Source: Callorhinchus milii
Taxonomy: Eukaryota
Assembly (NCBI RefSeq): GCF_018977255.1
Contig: NW_024704743.1
Coordinates: forward strand, 85,996,001 to 86,060,000
DNA: 64,000 bases
Direction: 5' to 3'
In this document: positions 1-12,439 of the stretch, one piece after another
Layout: every line of letters starts with the position of its first letter
How positions within the stretch are numbered: the stretch's first letter is position 1
The notes under the pieces: model-generated
The model's input: the letters and a program-made list of their open reading frames with translations, nothing else
Told to the model about the DNA's origin: nothing
Database searches by the model: none
Program-made: the position numbers and the translations under genes

Positions 1-639
1 ATTTGATATAGGACCTTATCACAGCATCAAAATGTCTCAAAGTGCTTCACAGGATTTTACCCTAAAGTGTAGTGACTGTGTATTTGTATTTTAGAAACTT
101 ATCATTAAAAAGGAACCAAAAACTGTAAATGAAAGCCTGAAGTTTGTAATGCTGCAATTACAGTGAACTGCTAGGTTATATAAATCACTGCAGTCTGGAC
201 TACTGAAGCCTTCTTGTTGAAAAGTCATGGACTGGAAACAGTAAATGAGGAGCCGGTGTCTAGACCTCATTGAATATGTGTGGTCGATGCTGGAAAACTT
301 TCAGTTTCCATAGAGAAGAGAAAAGCGACCCTGAGCCAGATGTGTCTTGGGTGCAAGATAGACTTAGTGTGAAAGAAAGCCACACAATCAGTGGACCTCA
401 GATTGTAATTGAGTTTTCATTCATAATGTTGGATGCTGGAATCAATTTGAAACAATGGATGAAAACAAGTCAAAGTGGAGGAAGTTGTTGAAAAAGCCCT
501 GCTGGGGAAAACATTTTGTGATATAAGTTGTGTTTCTGCAGAGAACCCCTGTAGGTCACATCAACTGGCAAGACCTCAAGGAGAACTGGAGGTGGAAACA
601 AGATCTTGGGTGTATAGAACATATAGAACACAACAATAG

Positions 640-940
640 AATACAAGTTTACATTTATATAGCACCTTTCATATCAGGCGGACATCCCAAGGCACTGGGG
701 CTGGGGCCGAGGAAGTTGGGGGACAAAGGCGAGGGAAAGATGGCTGAAAATGCGACCAAAGAGGCAGAACTTGATGGAGACAAAGGGGCCAGTCGAAGGG
801 GCTCCAGGATGAAGTTCCAGAGAATAGGGGCAGCTAAGCTGAAAGTCCAACTGCTAATGGTGGGGTGGATTGGGTGGGGTAGCCGAAGCAGGCCAGTGCC
901 CCCTGAGCAGAAGGAGCAGCTGGGTTGGTAGGGTTTGAGG
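640..940 (-). mobile_element. L2 LINE 3' fragment
   Basis: The tail (caagtttacatttatatagcacctttc...ggacatcccaaggcact) resembles the other L2 tails in the window. A SINE interrupts it at 941. Confidence 0.65.
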
Positions 941-1267
941 ATAATAATAATAATAATAATAATAATCCTTGCATTTGATATAGCGCTTTTCACGTCAGGA
1001 GGACGTCCCAAAGCGCTTCACAGAAGACACTGTAAAGTGAATTGACTGTATATTTGTGGGTGAATGCGGCAGCCAATTGCGCACAGCAATGTCCCACAAA
1101 CAGTCGTAGATTGAAAATGACCAATTTATTATTGTTTTTGGTTTTGGAGGGATTATTATTAGGCGTGTGGAGTAAGGAAACTTGCCCAAGGTTTTGCCCT
1201 GCCTGGAATTGAACTCAGGTCTCTCGCTTGCAAAGCGAGTGCTCTAACCACTGAGCCACAGGTCTCC
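941..1267 (-). mobile_element. Full-length young tRNA-derived SINE with L2-type tail
   Basis: The minus strand has a GCTCAGTGG A box and GAGTTCAATTC B box, a conserved body, the AGCGCTTT...AAAGCGCT stem-loop and an (ATT)n tail. Confidence 0.92.
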
Positions 1268-1694
1268 ACAGAGACCTGTGGATATCACAGGATATCACAG
1301 AGGTAGGATCATGGAGATATTTAAATATATATGAATGTAAATTTCTATTGTTCTATATGAGTTTATATAAAAGGGTTGAAAAAGCACTGCTGATGATAGT
1401 TCTTGCATTTCCAGTTTGTGTTTGCCTCCCAAGTTTGCTGGACAATCACAGCACCTCCATCAGTCCTACCTGAAACACTAATAATAATATCCTGTAAAGT
1501 GAATTGACTGTATATTTTGTGGGCGAAATCTGTTCTTCTGTTTCAGATGCCGAATGACATGATACCTATTTTTGGCATTTCCAGTTTTTCGTTTTATATC
1601 TACTCTGATGCATATTGTTAAAAGGCTGCATTAATCTTAAGCCTTTCCTTAATTTCTTTGTGTGTTCAATTCAGTTCCTTTTTAATTCATCTTT

Positions 1695-2010
1695 GCTTGT
1701 GGGTTCAAGCCCTACATTGGAACCTTTCATCTCATAACCTAGCCTGTTACTTCAATTCAGTGCTGCGAAAACACTGCATTTTCAGAGCTGCTACCCTTCA
1801 GATGAAATGCTGAGATAAGGTCCCGTTTGCCTGTTCAGATCCCATATCAGTATTTGAAAAGAGAAGGGAATTTCTCCCAGTGTCCTGGCCAACAATTCTC
1901 CAGGGACATTGGTCATTCTGTTTATGGGACCAAAAGGTGCACAAATTGGCTGCCACGTTCAATTACAATAAACAGTTATTACACTAAAATTTACTATGAA
2001 GTGTTTTGAG
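1695..2010 (+). mobile_element. Old DeuSINE-like element, degraded
   Basis: B box gtgggttcaag; central part cagatgaaatg...gtttgcctgttcag...gatcccat...gtcctggcc; aaattggctgcc 3' block. Confidence 0.65.
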
Positions 2011-3350
2011 TCCTTTTAACATTATAAACTCAATGTCAAATCAAAGATCATTGTTAATTATCATTGGTATTATTATTGGTATCCATTATGGATGTTGAGG
2101 TTCAAAGTTCCTTTCTCAGTTAGGTTATAGATCTTTGGGTCATGAAACCTCCAGTGATTTCTAACTACCTTTGAGCTGTGCCCAATGAGATAATTTGAGT
2201 TTAAATTCTGTATGAAAGTGGACTGTTTGATCTCCGAAAAATCCTGCTATTAGTCACACTGACAAGTAATGGAACTCAGTATAGTGTTAACTGGTAACTC
2301 CAGTGTATACACCACTCGATTGCTGTAGCGATTTGGAACTCATAGCAATTTGCACAAGATCCAGCTAGGAAACAAGCCCATCAGATGCAAAGTTAATGTC
2401 ATATTTCATGTGACAATGCAAAATAAAGAGACACAACAGCTGTACAGTATACTCTGAATGTGAAACATACATGGTTTCTACTCTCCAGTTGTAGTCTCCT
2501 TTCAGTCATGGTTCTACATTTGCATTGTAGTCAAAGATTACTCATCCAGTTCACATTAAAAACTCAAAGCAAAAGTGCCTTTGATATCTGGAAAATGGAT
2601 TTTGAAAGACTTAACAGTTAAAACATATTTTTAACAAATGGAAATAAATGCGCTATGTATATGAAAATTAACTTTGTTTAAGTTTTCACAGAACATGTCA
2701 AAGATAACTTCACTTCTCTGTGAGTCATAGGTAAACGATGAAACAATTTGAATGGATTAGATTGGAGGCGGCAACTTGTGCCATGCTTATAGTCACATTT
2801 GATGATGTTCCGACTTTGTAATTTAATCATGCTGGTTAATCATAAGGAAAAGGAACAGAATATATCAGAGTGGACCTCGAACAGGCATGTGTAAACCCAC
2901 ACTGGCTTAAACGTCTGCCCTCATTAATCAGGGGTTTGCAGTAAAGACCTAGACTTACCAAATGATGACTCACACCTGGGGGTGGTTTGCAGGACCTATC
3001 TGTGGTTTGCACAGATGCTGTCTGCAAGTGATCCAATTCAAAGTATAACACAGGATATAATGTCCAAAGGTTTGACTTTAGCCAATTTGCTTCCCATACA
3101 AGAGAGCCGTACTGCCTTAACAGATTGCATTGGATACAGTTGTAAATTGGACACCAATCCCATCTCTTTATACATCCATTGCACAAAATTTGCAGGCATG
3201 CCTTAATACATTCCTTGTGTTAATTAGCATAAGGAATGGGTTAGAAATAACTTTTGTCTACACATTTTTTTCAAAGTCAGTGTGTCTCCATCATAAACCC
3301 ACTCGATCCTTCTCTCACATATCATGGCTGGATGATTTTAGACTTCTTCA

Positions 3351-3586
3351 TAATAATAATAATGATAATCCTTGCATTTGATATAGCGCTTTTCACATCT
3401 TCCAGACGTCTCAAAGCGCTTCGCAGAATATGCTGTAAAGTGAATTGACTGTGTATTTGTGGGCGAAATGCGGCAGCCAATTTCGCACAGCAGTGTCTCA
3501 CAAACAGTCATGGATTGAAAATGACCAATTTATTATTGTTTTGTTTTTGGAGGGATTATTATTAGGCGTGTGGAGTAAGGAAACTC
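3351..3586 (-). mobile_element. 5'-truncated young SINE
   Basis: Has the (AAT)n tail, the stem-loop and the body up to tggagtaaggaaact. Confidence 0.88.
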
Positions 3587-4070
3587 CTTATTGTTCTGAG
3601 ACATACTAAATTGCTTTCTTTTGCATATTGTTCTTGGTAAATTAAGACTTGCAATGTGTACCATGGAGGTTTGCATTAAATGTGGAAATATTTTTGCAGC
3701 ATGTATTTTGATTAGGTTAAATGAAGACATTCCTATTTTAAAACGAGTTGGGTAAGATTTATTCATCTCCTCTACAATTTATTCATTTCCTCTTTTGTGA
3801 TCTGTACACTTTGCACAAGCACAGGGAAAATGAAGCCTGCATTATTCTATTTGTTTGTTGTCACTCATTATAAGTTGGAGAGTCCCTCCTACTTGAGCTG
3901 AAATGTGGGAGACTGAAATTTATAACAACAACTTGCATTTATATCGCCCTTCACTCTGGACAGTGTCTCGGAGAGCTTATAATCATATATATAAAGATTA
4001 TATTTATATAATCATATAGTTCCGCCATCAGCTGCCGTGCTTTCAGCTATTAAGTCCCAACCTTCTCGAC

Positions 4071-4306
4071 CAGTAGTGGCCAACCTGTATGGTCGTTCAA
4101 CAAAATACATTTTCTTGACTGAATATTTCTTGAGTAATGCAATAAATTTATGCAATAAATCAAGAAATATTCAATCAAGAAAAGACTGAAAATATACTAC
4201 CGATTGAACATGGATTTACTTAGACTCATGCGAATGTTCAGGGAAATCGCTTCTTGACTGCCTCAAAGCCACTTCCAGCGGGCGGGCCACAGGTTGGCCA
4301 CTATTG
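4071..4306. mobile_element. hAT (Charlie-like) MITE inserted in an L2 3' fragment
   Basis: TIRs CAGTAGTGGCCAACCTGT and ACAGGTTGGCCACTATTG match at 17 of 18 positions. Internal palindrome at about 4110-4183. L2-like sequence lies on both flanks. Confidence 0.75.
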
Positions 4307-6502
4307 CAGTAGAACTTCTTGCTTCAATCCCTCCAACTTGGCCCCTCCTTGCAACAGTCTCTTTGACCATGCCAATAGTCTCCTCCCCTTTCTCGGCAAC
4401 AAACTCCACCATTGTTAAGCATGCTGAGACGCTACCCTATGTGACGTGCGCTGTATAAATGCAAGTAACTATTGTTGTTATATCGGAATAAGATGTTTTT
4501 TGTCTGATGTATGATATCATGAAACCCTCAGTAGGCAGAGTTGGCTCCATGGCTGACACATTTCTTTGCCAAGGTCCATCACATGAGAAACTGGATTAAG
4601 CAATTGGGAACATGTGAGCCTGGTATGTAAAATTGGACTTGAACCTCTACAATGTACACCATATAATTTGTGCTGATTAGGTCATTCCACCACTCTGAAG
4701 GCAGATGTCTACCAAATAGCTACTAAAGAAACTCTATGACTTGGGACAACTGATGCTGGAAGGCGTTACCTGGACTCCAGGTTCATGAACACAAGTTCAT
4801 ATATCTAGGGATTGGTATCTACATCGATTGGCTACAGAGGTAAGCAGTTTCTATTGAAGCGCCACATTTCCAATTGGTGAAACCATGTCTGTATGGGTTG
4901 GGATGTGTGGCAGTGGTCAGAATTCTCTCATACACTTCACACAAAACTTTGTTGTTCATTAAGTAGCTCATGAGGAGTACTCCTAGTACATGCTATCCAC
5001 CTAATGAGGGCCCAAACCTTCTATTGTCAGATATTCAATGACCAACCAGTGACTCTCCTCCTTGTATCCAGGTAAGCAGAGTCTAGTTGGAATTGAATCC
5101 ATCCTCAATGGTGGTCTCAATAGCTTAATACCTGGGAGACACAAATTCTCACCTCTGAGGCCAATGATAACTATTGATTATTGTTGACCACGTATTTTGG
5201 TCAATGTGATATCACCATGATAATATCCCATTCAGCATTTTGTTCCCTCCAATTAGCTCATGTTCCTGCAACAGCTCTCCTGAGTAAATACAAAACACCT
5301 CAGGAAAGGCTGAACGCATTGCTTGCCAGCAAGCCAGTACTACAAGGCAAAGCCAACAAAACATTGTATAGTAGCACCAGGTAGATTAACATTGCATCAG
5401 GAAGGATGGTTGAGAAAAGAACAGCAAAAGAGTTGGGTGGATATTCTGGAAGGATGAGACTGCTTTCTTTATCTGGACCTCTCTTGTGATCTTCTCGTCT
5501 GGTCTGGTCTGCCAGTTATGCCTCATGGTAAATGTCTTACAAAACTACTAATGAGCAGGAGTTTGCTTTGAGAGATTAACTAAAAAAAAATGTTTAATTG
5601 AAGAAGGGCAACATCAATGATTAGATTTGATAAGATTCTTCCAAATATTGCTTGGAAAGGTTATGGAAAAATACTAATGTGCCTTTAGAATTTACTTTGA
5701 AGCCTTTCGTGTAATAGTAGCATAAAAATGTAGCGGTCTACTTAGCCTCCATTTAGTTTAATTGCACAACCATTACAATCTTTTACAACAAAGTGGTATA
5801 ATGATAGGCAAGTCAGAGAGAGACTTTTCCTGAAAGCACTTACAGAGACATCTGTTCAGTAAATGCCCCAAGTGTCCAATACAGCTGTTACACATAGGAT
5901 TGGCAATAATCTCTTTATATAACCATGACCACGGTTGTTTCAAGGCAAACATGTGTTTCATAGAGTAAGAGGTGAATATAACATGCAACAAAGCTATTTA
6001 ATGAGGAGCAAAAATATTGCTTGTATTTATAAAAGATTATTTTCGCCCACAAATATACAGTCAATTCACTTTACAGTCTATTATGCTTTGAGACATCTAG
6101 AAGACGTGAAAAGCACTATATCAAATGCAAAGATTATTATTATTATTTACAATCACTTCACCAACCACATCACATCAATCTCTTTATCATTAAACACTGA
6201 ATCAGAATAAATAATGGATGTTCAAGCCGAGAGGAAATACTTGCATATCTGATTATAAGTAATATATCACAAGGTATTTAGTCAATAAAAATAAATTGGC
6301 TGCTTATAAAGAGTTCCAGCACATTAGGAATGATATTATATAAAGTGTAGCCATTTCCTTTTTTCTTTAGCTGTGCCTTTGGTCAATACCCTCAAATTTC
6401 CCTTTGTTTCTACACTGTTTGGTTTGAAGAACTTCTATGAAACATGTTACATAATAAATTGCACAATACATGGCAAGTTGTTGTTACTCCTGCTCACTTT
6501 TA

Positions 6503-6655
6503 GGGAGAACTTTCACCTGAGTCTCAACTTACACAATTTTCTTATTATTTCAGAGAATGCAGTGTTTGATAAATTCTTAAATGTACTTCTAAATTTGAGG
6601 CAAGTTCTCTGCAGATTCTTTTTAATTTTAAAATGAATACTGGCATTTCTTCCCC
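6503..6655. mobile_element. Internally deleted copy of the palindromic GGG-terminal MITE
   Basis: The left arm aligns by eye with 14933-15055, and the copy ends in atttcttcccc. Confidence 0.5.
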
Positions 6656-7151
6656 AAATCAGAACCATGAAAATGTACAGGATCAGAAAAGATCATTGCA
6701 GCCTGTCTGGTGGGTTCAAAAGTAAAAAGGTTANTTTTTAATAATGTAGAATTATTTTAATATTTTTAAATTGTTTGTTTTTGAAATAATCCTACATTAC
6801 TCAATCTCTCATATGTCTCAACAGAGTTATTAGCCAAATAGCTATCTAATTCCTTTTTGTATTTTCTGGCTCCCTGAGTTGTCTGTTCTACATTTTTTTC
6901 AACTCTGCAAAATAATTACATTTGAACTTTCTATCTAACTCTCTTCTGAGCTTGAGTGTTTGTCCACTTGTTTATAGACTTTTTGGCCATGTTAAACATA
7001 TTATTATAGTTTCATTTATCATTGCCCTTTAGGATCTTAAATACTTCAATAAGATTGCCCCCTGGCACATGGTTGCTTTGAAAATGGACTCTGTGATTTG
7101 AAGTTCTGCTGTGGTGCTAGTAAAACCATGCTCTCTACATAAAGGCGACAA

Positions 7152-7493
7152 TTTTCTTTTGATCAGGCGGGTATGTCTGATATATATGGAAACCCATCAC
7201 CATGCTTAAACCAGACTGAGAATTCGATGTATATCACCTAAACATACAAATTCCCATGTTTGGCATGGAATTCACACTTTCTCCCTGGGGGAACACATCC
7301 CTTGGCAAGAACCAAGGCTTGGGGACTCCAGAGTTTGTTGGGATTATTGCTGGAGTTTAACCAGTGAAAACCACATAGCTTGGCATTGATATTGCTGTCT
7401 GGGAAGGTTTTCCGCTGCTTGTCCAGCTAGGACCACCTATAGGGCTTTTGCTTGCAGGGTTAACAGGAGTGAGTGGCAAGAATTCCTGTCCCC
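7152..7493 (-). repeat. Unclassified old interspersed repeat (GGAAACCCATCACCATGCTTA family)
   Basis: Shares sequence blocks with 25170-25340, 49151-49430 and 58841-59136. The A-rich end is on the minus strand. Confidence 0.7.
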
Positions 7494-9502
7494 ACTGAGG
7501 AATGATTCTCCCAGTTGGAGGTGTGGAGCTTGAGCAGCAACCTCTTACCTTTCTGCAAACCGATCAAAGTGGATTCCAAGACTTGGATATATCAGTGGGT
7601 GTTCACGAACCCAGACTCTGATAATCTGATATCATCTCTAGGTTTAGAGTTTCCTCATTAGCTACTGCTGAGGGGGAGGGGAAACCATTGTTTTTATTCA
7701 GTTTTTATTCACATAATACAAACCCAGATAATTTAGGTGTTTTTTAGGTTTATTTTTTCTATAAAAATGGGGAATGTTTAACACAAACCACTCCCCCACC
7801 CCCTATCATGTAAATTCAGTGAATTCCAGGCCTAAATAAACCTACCAGCCTTCCAGACACACTCACACACCATGGTTTATAAATTACAGACAATTGAAAA
7901 ATTACAGCGCTCCCCACCCCACTCTCAAAATAGTTACTGAGGCCCTTACACCCAAGCCATTCCCCTGCCCCTGCTAGATCTACATAAATACATGTCATCA
8001 GCAGTGAGCATCCTGCAACTCGTATCTCCTGGTGAAAATGTGCTTGTGATAATGTGTGCGTTACTGAAACTAGCTTTTTCTGAAGATTGTGGAATAGTGA
8101 GGGTATCATATTCTATGTTAACATAAAAATAAAGGAGTCGTTACACTGAATAATAATTACTGCAGAGCACTTAAACACAATTTTGGCATGAGATATACAG
8201 ATCTTGGTTAGCTTCCAATAAGAGTTTTAAGACCTAAAATAATAAATATAATATCTTTCCTTTTGATATAGCACCTTATTATATCATTGAAACAACTCAA
8301 AGCTTTTCACAGGATTTACTATAAGGTGTAGTGAGGCTGTATTTCGTAAATGAATGCTCCAGCCAATTTGTGCACAACAATATCCCATAAACAACTCGGT
8401 ATCCATGCATGTGCACAAGTCATTGACTAATGATTATTGTCAACTTCAACCTGCATTTATATTGTACTTTTCAAGCAGGATAGCACCTCGGAGTGCTGTC
8501 CAATGGCGCAGTTGGACACCAACTGGCAAGGGAAAAGGGGGAAGGAGGTGACCGTGGGTGCATTTGAAGAGGTAGGTCTTCAGGTAGGATTTAAAGATAA
8601 AGAAAGAAAGAGCAGGAAGCAGAGACCCTGTGGGAGGCTTTCTATTTGTTCGTTGGGAGACACTGAGGTGAAATGTAGCATTGCCACTCAGCAGAGAGCA
8701 GCGACAGAGCAGAGATGGAACTTGCTAGATATAGCTCAGTGCCACAGCTCCTTGTGCTTCTACCCACGAGACATCGGGGAAGCTCGAAATATCTCTTCTA
8801 ACAGATGGTGAATTGAAAACAACAAGCACAACAAGATCATGTATTTCCATTGTGTGACCCCTGACCTGTGCATAATACCAGCATGTGTGCGGTGTAACAT
8901 ACATTTGCCAGTTCCTGCATGGATTACAGAGAAAAGGATGCAGGACAACAAGTGTACCACTGGTTTACTAACATAAGCACTCACAGATTGGGAGGTCTGT
9001 TTCTCAGGGGATAGTTTTTTAAACCTTCAGTTATCAACATGCAATCTATTTATATCATACTTCCTTTCCTTACAACTTTTTTATGTTATAAAAATAACCG
9101 GAAAATAAGCTCCTCATTCGGACATAAAGGAATACATTTTTGCAGTGTTTCATAACACATTTCTTGTGACAATTAGTACAACGGAGTGTTATAAAATGGT
9201 AAAAATTGCACCTCATACAACCTCCCATCTTTGAGCTGTGGACAAAAATAACTTGTGGCTTAAACTCCTCCTGATCAGAAAGAAAAGCTGTTCTGAGCAA
9301 AGTGTGAGTGAAACCAGACATTCAGATATCGCACTCACACAGTTGCAAATTGGCTGCTGTGTTTCCCTACAAAAATACAATCACTGCACTGTCAATAAAC
9401 CCTGTGAAGCTCTTTGAGACAACCTCTTGACGTGAAAGGTGCTATATCAAATGCAAAGATTATAATAATTATTATTGTTATTATTATTTGGCACCAAAGA
9501 TA

Positions 9503-10770
9503 ACAGCAACAACAACTTGAATTTATATAGCGCCCTCCACGCCAGACGGCGTCTCAGAGCGCTTCACAGGGCTGCGCCAGGGCTGCGCCAGGGGGAGGGG
9601 GAGGAAGGTGTCCAAAGATGTGGTCGAAAAGAAAGGTCTTCAGCCGAGACCTGAAAATAGGAAAAGAGGGGGTGAAGCGAAGGGAGTGAGGAAGGGAATT
9701 CCAGATCCTCGGGGCATAGTGGCCGAAGGCACGGCCGCCGATGGTGGAGTGGAGGATTCGGGGGACAAGGAGGAGGCCAGACCCGGTGGAGCGAAGGCAA
9801 CAGGCACTATTGTGAGGAAAGAGGAGGTCAGAGAGGTAGGGGGGTGCAGAGGAGTGGAGGCATTTGAAAACAAGGCTGAGGATCTTGAAATTGATTCTCT
9901 CTGGGACAGGCAGCCAGTGCAGTCTAGCAAGGACTGGGGTTACCGGGGAGCAGAGTTTGGTACAGATAAGCATGCAGGTGGCAGAGTTTTGGATGACCTG
10001 GATTTTGTGAATGGTAGTGGAGGGGAGACCAGCGAGGAGGGCATTTGAATAATCCAGCCAAGAGATGACAAAGGCATGGACCAGTGTTTCAGCGGCTTTT
10101 GGAATGAGGTATTGGCAGAGACGGGCGATGCGTCGGAGGTGGAAGAAAGCGGTGCTGGTGAGGGACCGGATGTGGGGGACCGGATGTGGGGGTCGAACCT
10201 GATGCCAAGGTTGCGTACAGGTTCAGAGAGTTTTAGGGGGAGGTCGGGTAGGTGGACGAGGTGAGAACCATGAGATTTTAGACCTTGACAAGAGCCAAAG
10301 AGTATGGCTTCTGTTTTGTCAACATTCAGCTGAAGGAAATTCACGCTTATCCAGCTCCTGATGTCATACAGGCAGGCTGACAGAACATCAGGGGACTGGG
10401 GGTCGCAATGTGAGGTGGAAAAATAGAGTTGGGTGTCGTCCGCATACATGTGGAAGTGTACCCCATGTCTGCGGATGACATCCCCATGAGGGGCATGTAG
10501 ATCAGAAAGAGGAAGGGGCCAAGGATGGATCCTTGGGATACCCCGCAGGTAACCAGGTGAGAGCGGGAGGAAAAGCCATTTGTGCAGATGTACTGCTAGT
10601 GGTTTGTGAGGTAGGACTCAAACCAGGCGAGTGCAGTTCCACTGAGGTGGATGATGGAGGAAAGACAGTGGAGGAGGATGGCGTGATCGACTGTGTCAAA
10701 AGTGGCGGAGGGGTCCAGGAGGATAGGGAGGCAGAGGGATCCCTGGTCACAGATAGAGAGAACGTCATTT
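9503..10770 (-). mobile_element. L2 LINE, 5'-truncated, with degenerate RT
   Basis: ORF fragments MYADDTQLY...LQLNVDKTE and LHWLPVPERINFKI...WNSLP, followed by a (GTT)n tail. Confidence 0.93.
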
Positions 10771-11569
10771 GACATGTGGGTGATCTTCAATGTGTTACCG
10801 GATACAAAGATGTAACTCAGCATGGAGCTGGCGGCCACAGTTTGTCTCATATTCGTGCAATACAGAGAAGGTTTAGATTTAGGCTATTAAGTAACCCGGC
10901 ATAATGGAAGAGCAAGCTGCAGTGTGGTCTGTGGCTTCTGCAGTGGGAATGATTCTCCAATTTCAACTGTCTTATCTGGCATAGGAATGGGGAAGGAAGT
11001 AACCCAACCCCCCCTCCCCCCCACTCACCCCCCCACCCACTTCCCTCACCCCACTTGGAGCCCCCACACTGCTCAAGGTTCCCTCATTACAGATGAACCA
11101 CAGACTAGCGCTGTGAGCAGCTGTCGGCTGCACCATCCCACTCTCCCCACTGGTTAGGAAGGGAGCAGACTAATTTGAGGGCAGAAGAAACCAGTCTGAA
11201 AAAAGTATATAAAAATAGAATACTTAATACGAAACATGTTTCCTCGAAACTTTGAAGAAACTAATTCCATCAACAAATGGTTAAATGATTAAATCAAAGC
11301 TTTAAGTTATTTATGTGGTAATCGTGACTTCCCACCCATTCATTTTATCTTTACATAAACCATTTTGACAAATGGAACATGATATTTTTAGTATTATTCA
11401 TTTTAATTTCCTTGTTTTATTTAGATTAAACTAAAAAAAATCACATCCTTATTCCAGCCTCTTTTCTTGTCATATCTGAACATTGGAAGTGTGTGACTGA
11501 AGCAGACAAGTTATCTGAACAGATTTGGGATGTTGGTTGCAATGTAAGCCGAGCGGCAGGAATATATAT

Positions 11570-11825
11570 AATAATAAAATTATTATTATCCTTGCATTTG
11601 ATATAGCGTCTTATTATATCTTCTAGACGTCTCACAGCGCTTCACAGAACAGACTGTAAAATGAATTGACTGTATACTTTGTGGGCAAAACACGGCAGCC
11701 AATTGCACACAGCAGTGTCCCACAAACATTCTTGGATTAAGAGACCAAATTTTTTTAAAGGGATTATTACCCCCGGAAAAGCAATCCGCCAATTGACTAA
11801 CAACCGGGTTCCTACTTACTGCTAA
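11570..11825 (-). mobile_element. SINE, long (older) subfamily, 5'-truncated
   Basis: Tail and body plus the extra segment caaccgggttcctacttactgcta. Confidence 0.85.
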
Positions 11826-12439
11826 ATACCCTCCCAAAATAGATTATAGTACCTAACCTGAGCAGAATTATAATAACACAGTGTTTAATCTGAACAGATT
11901 TACAACAACAACAAACAACAAATTACATTTGTATAGCCCCTTTCATGTTAGGAGGATTATCTAACATGAATAGAGCTACCGTAACACACGGTATCTAACA
12001 TGAACAGAGCTCGGCTCATTTAAGAAACAGCTTGATACTGTAATAGAAAGATGGGGATTCTGGAAGGATAAAATGAGCCAAACAGCCTCCTTCACTCGAG
12101 CCTCTTGTACCATTTCACAAGCACCCAGAGCCTTTAATACCTCACCTAAGCGGTCATTTAGCATATCAAATCTTTTTTCCCAGAGGAATAAGTTCAGTGT
12201 CAGAGGAATGAGCTACAAGCATTGATTAGGCCAGCTAGGGCTCTTCAGCCTTGAGATAAGACATCTCAGAGAGGATCTGAAAAAGTAAATTCAGATCAAT
12301 TTGATCAAAAGCAATTTGATGGTGTGATTGGGGGAATGATGTTCTGGAGGGATGAGATTGGATAGGCCAAACCAATCTTATGGTCATGTGATGGTAACCA
12401 ATGTTAACTGAAATAACCCCAGCTGCAATATCATTGCTG

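Noticed and set aside
211..245. Second hammerhead-like string (cttgttga aaagtc atg gactg gaaac)
   Set aside because: The CTGANGA core is broken. It may be a decayed relative but cannot be supported.
4640..5530. Possible minus-strand retroelement coding relic (KCGASIETAY, resembling a zinc knuckle)
   Set aside because: Too degraded to assign by eye; it needs a BLASTX or HMM search.
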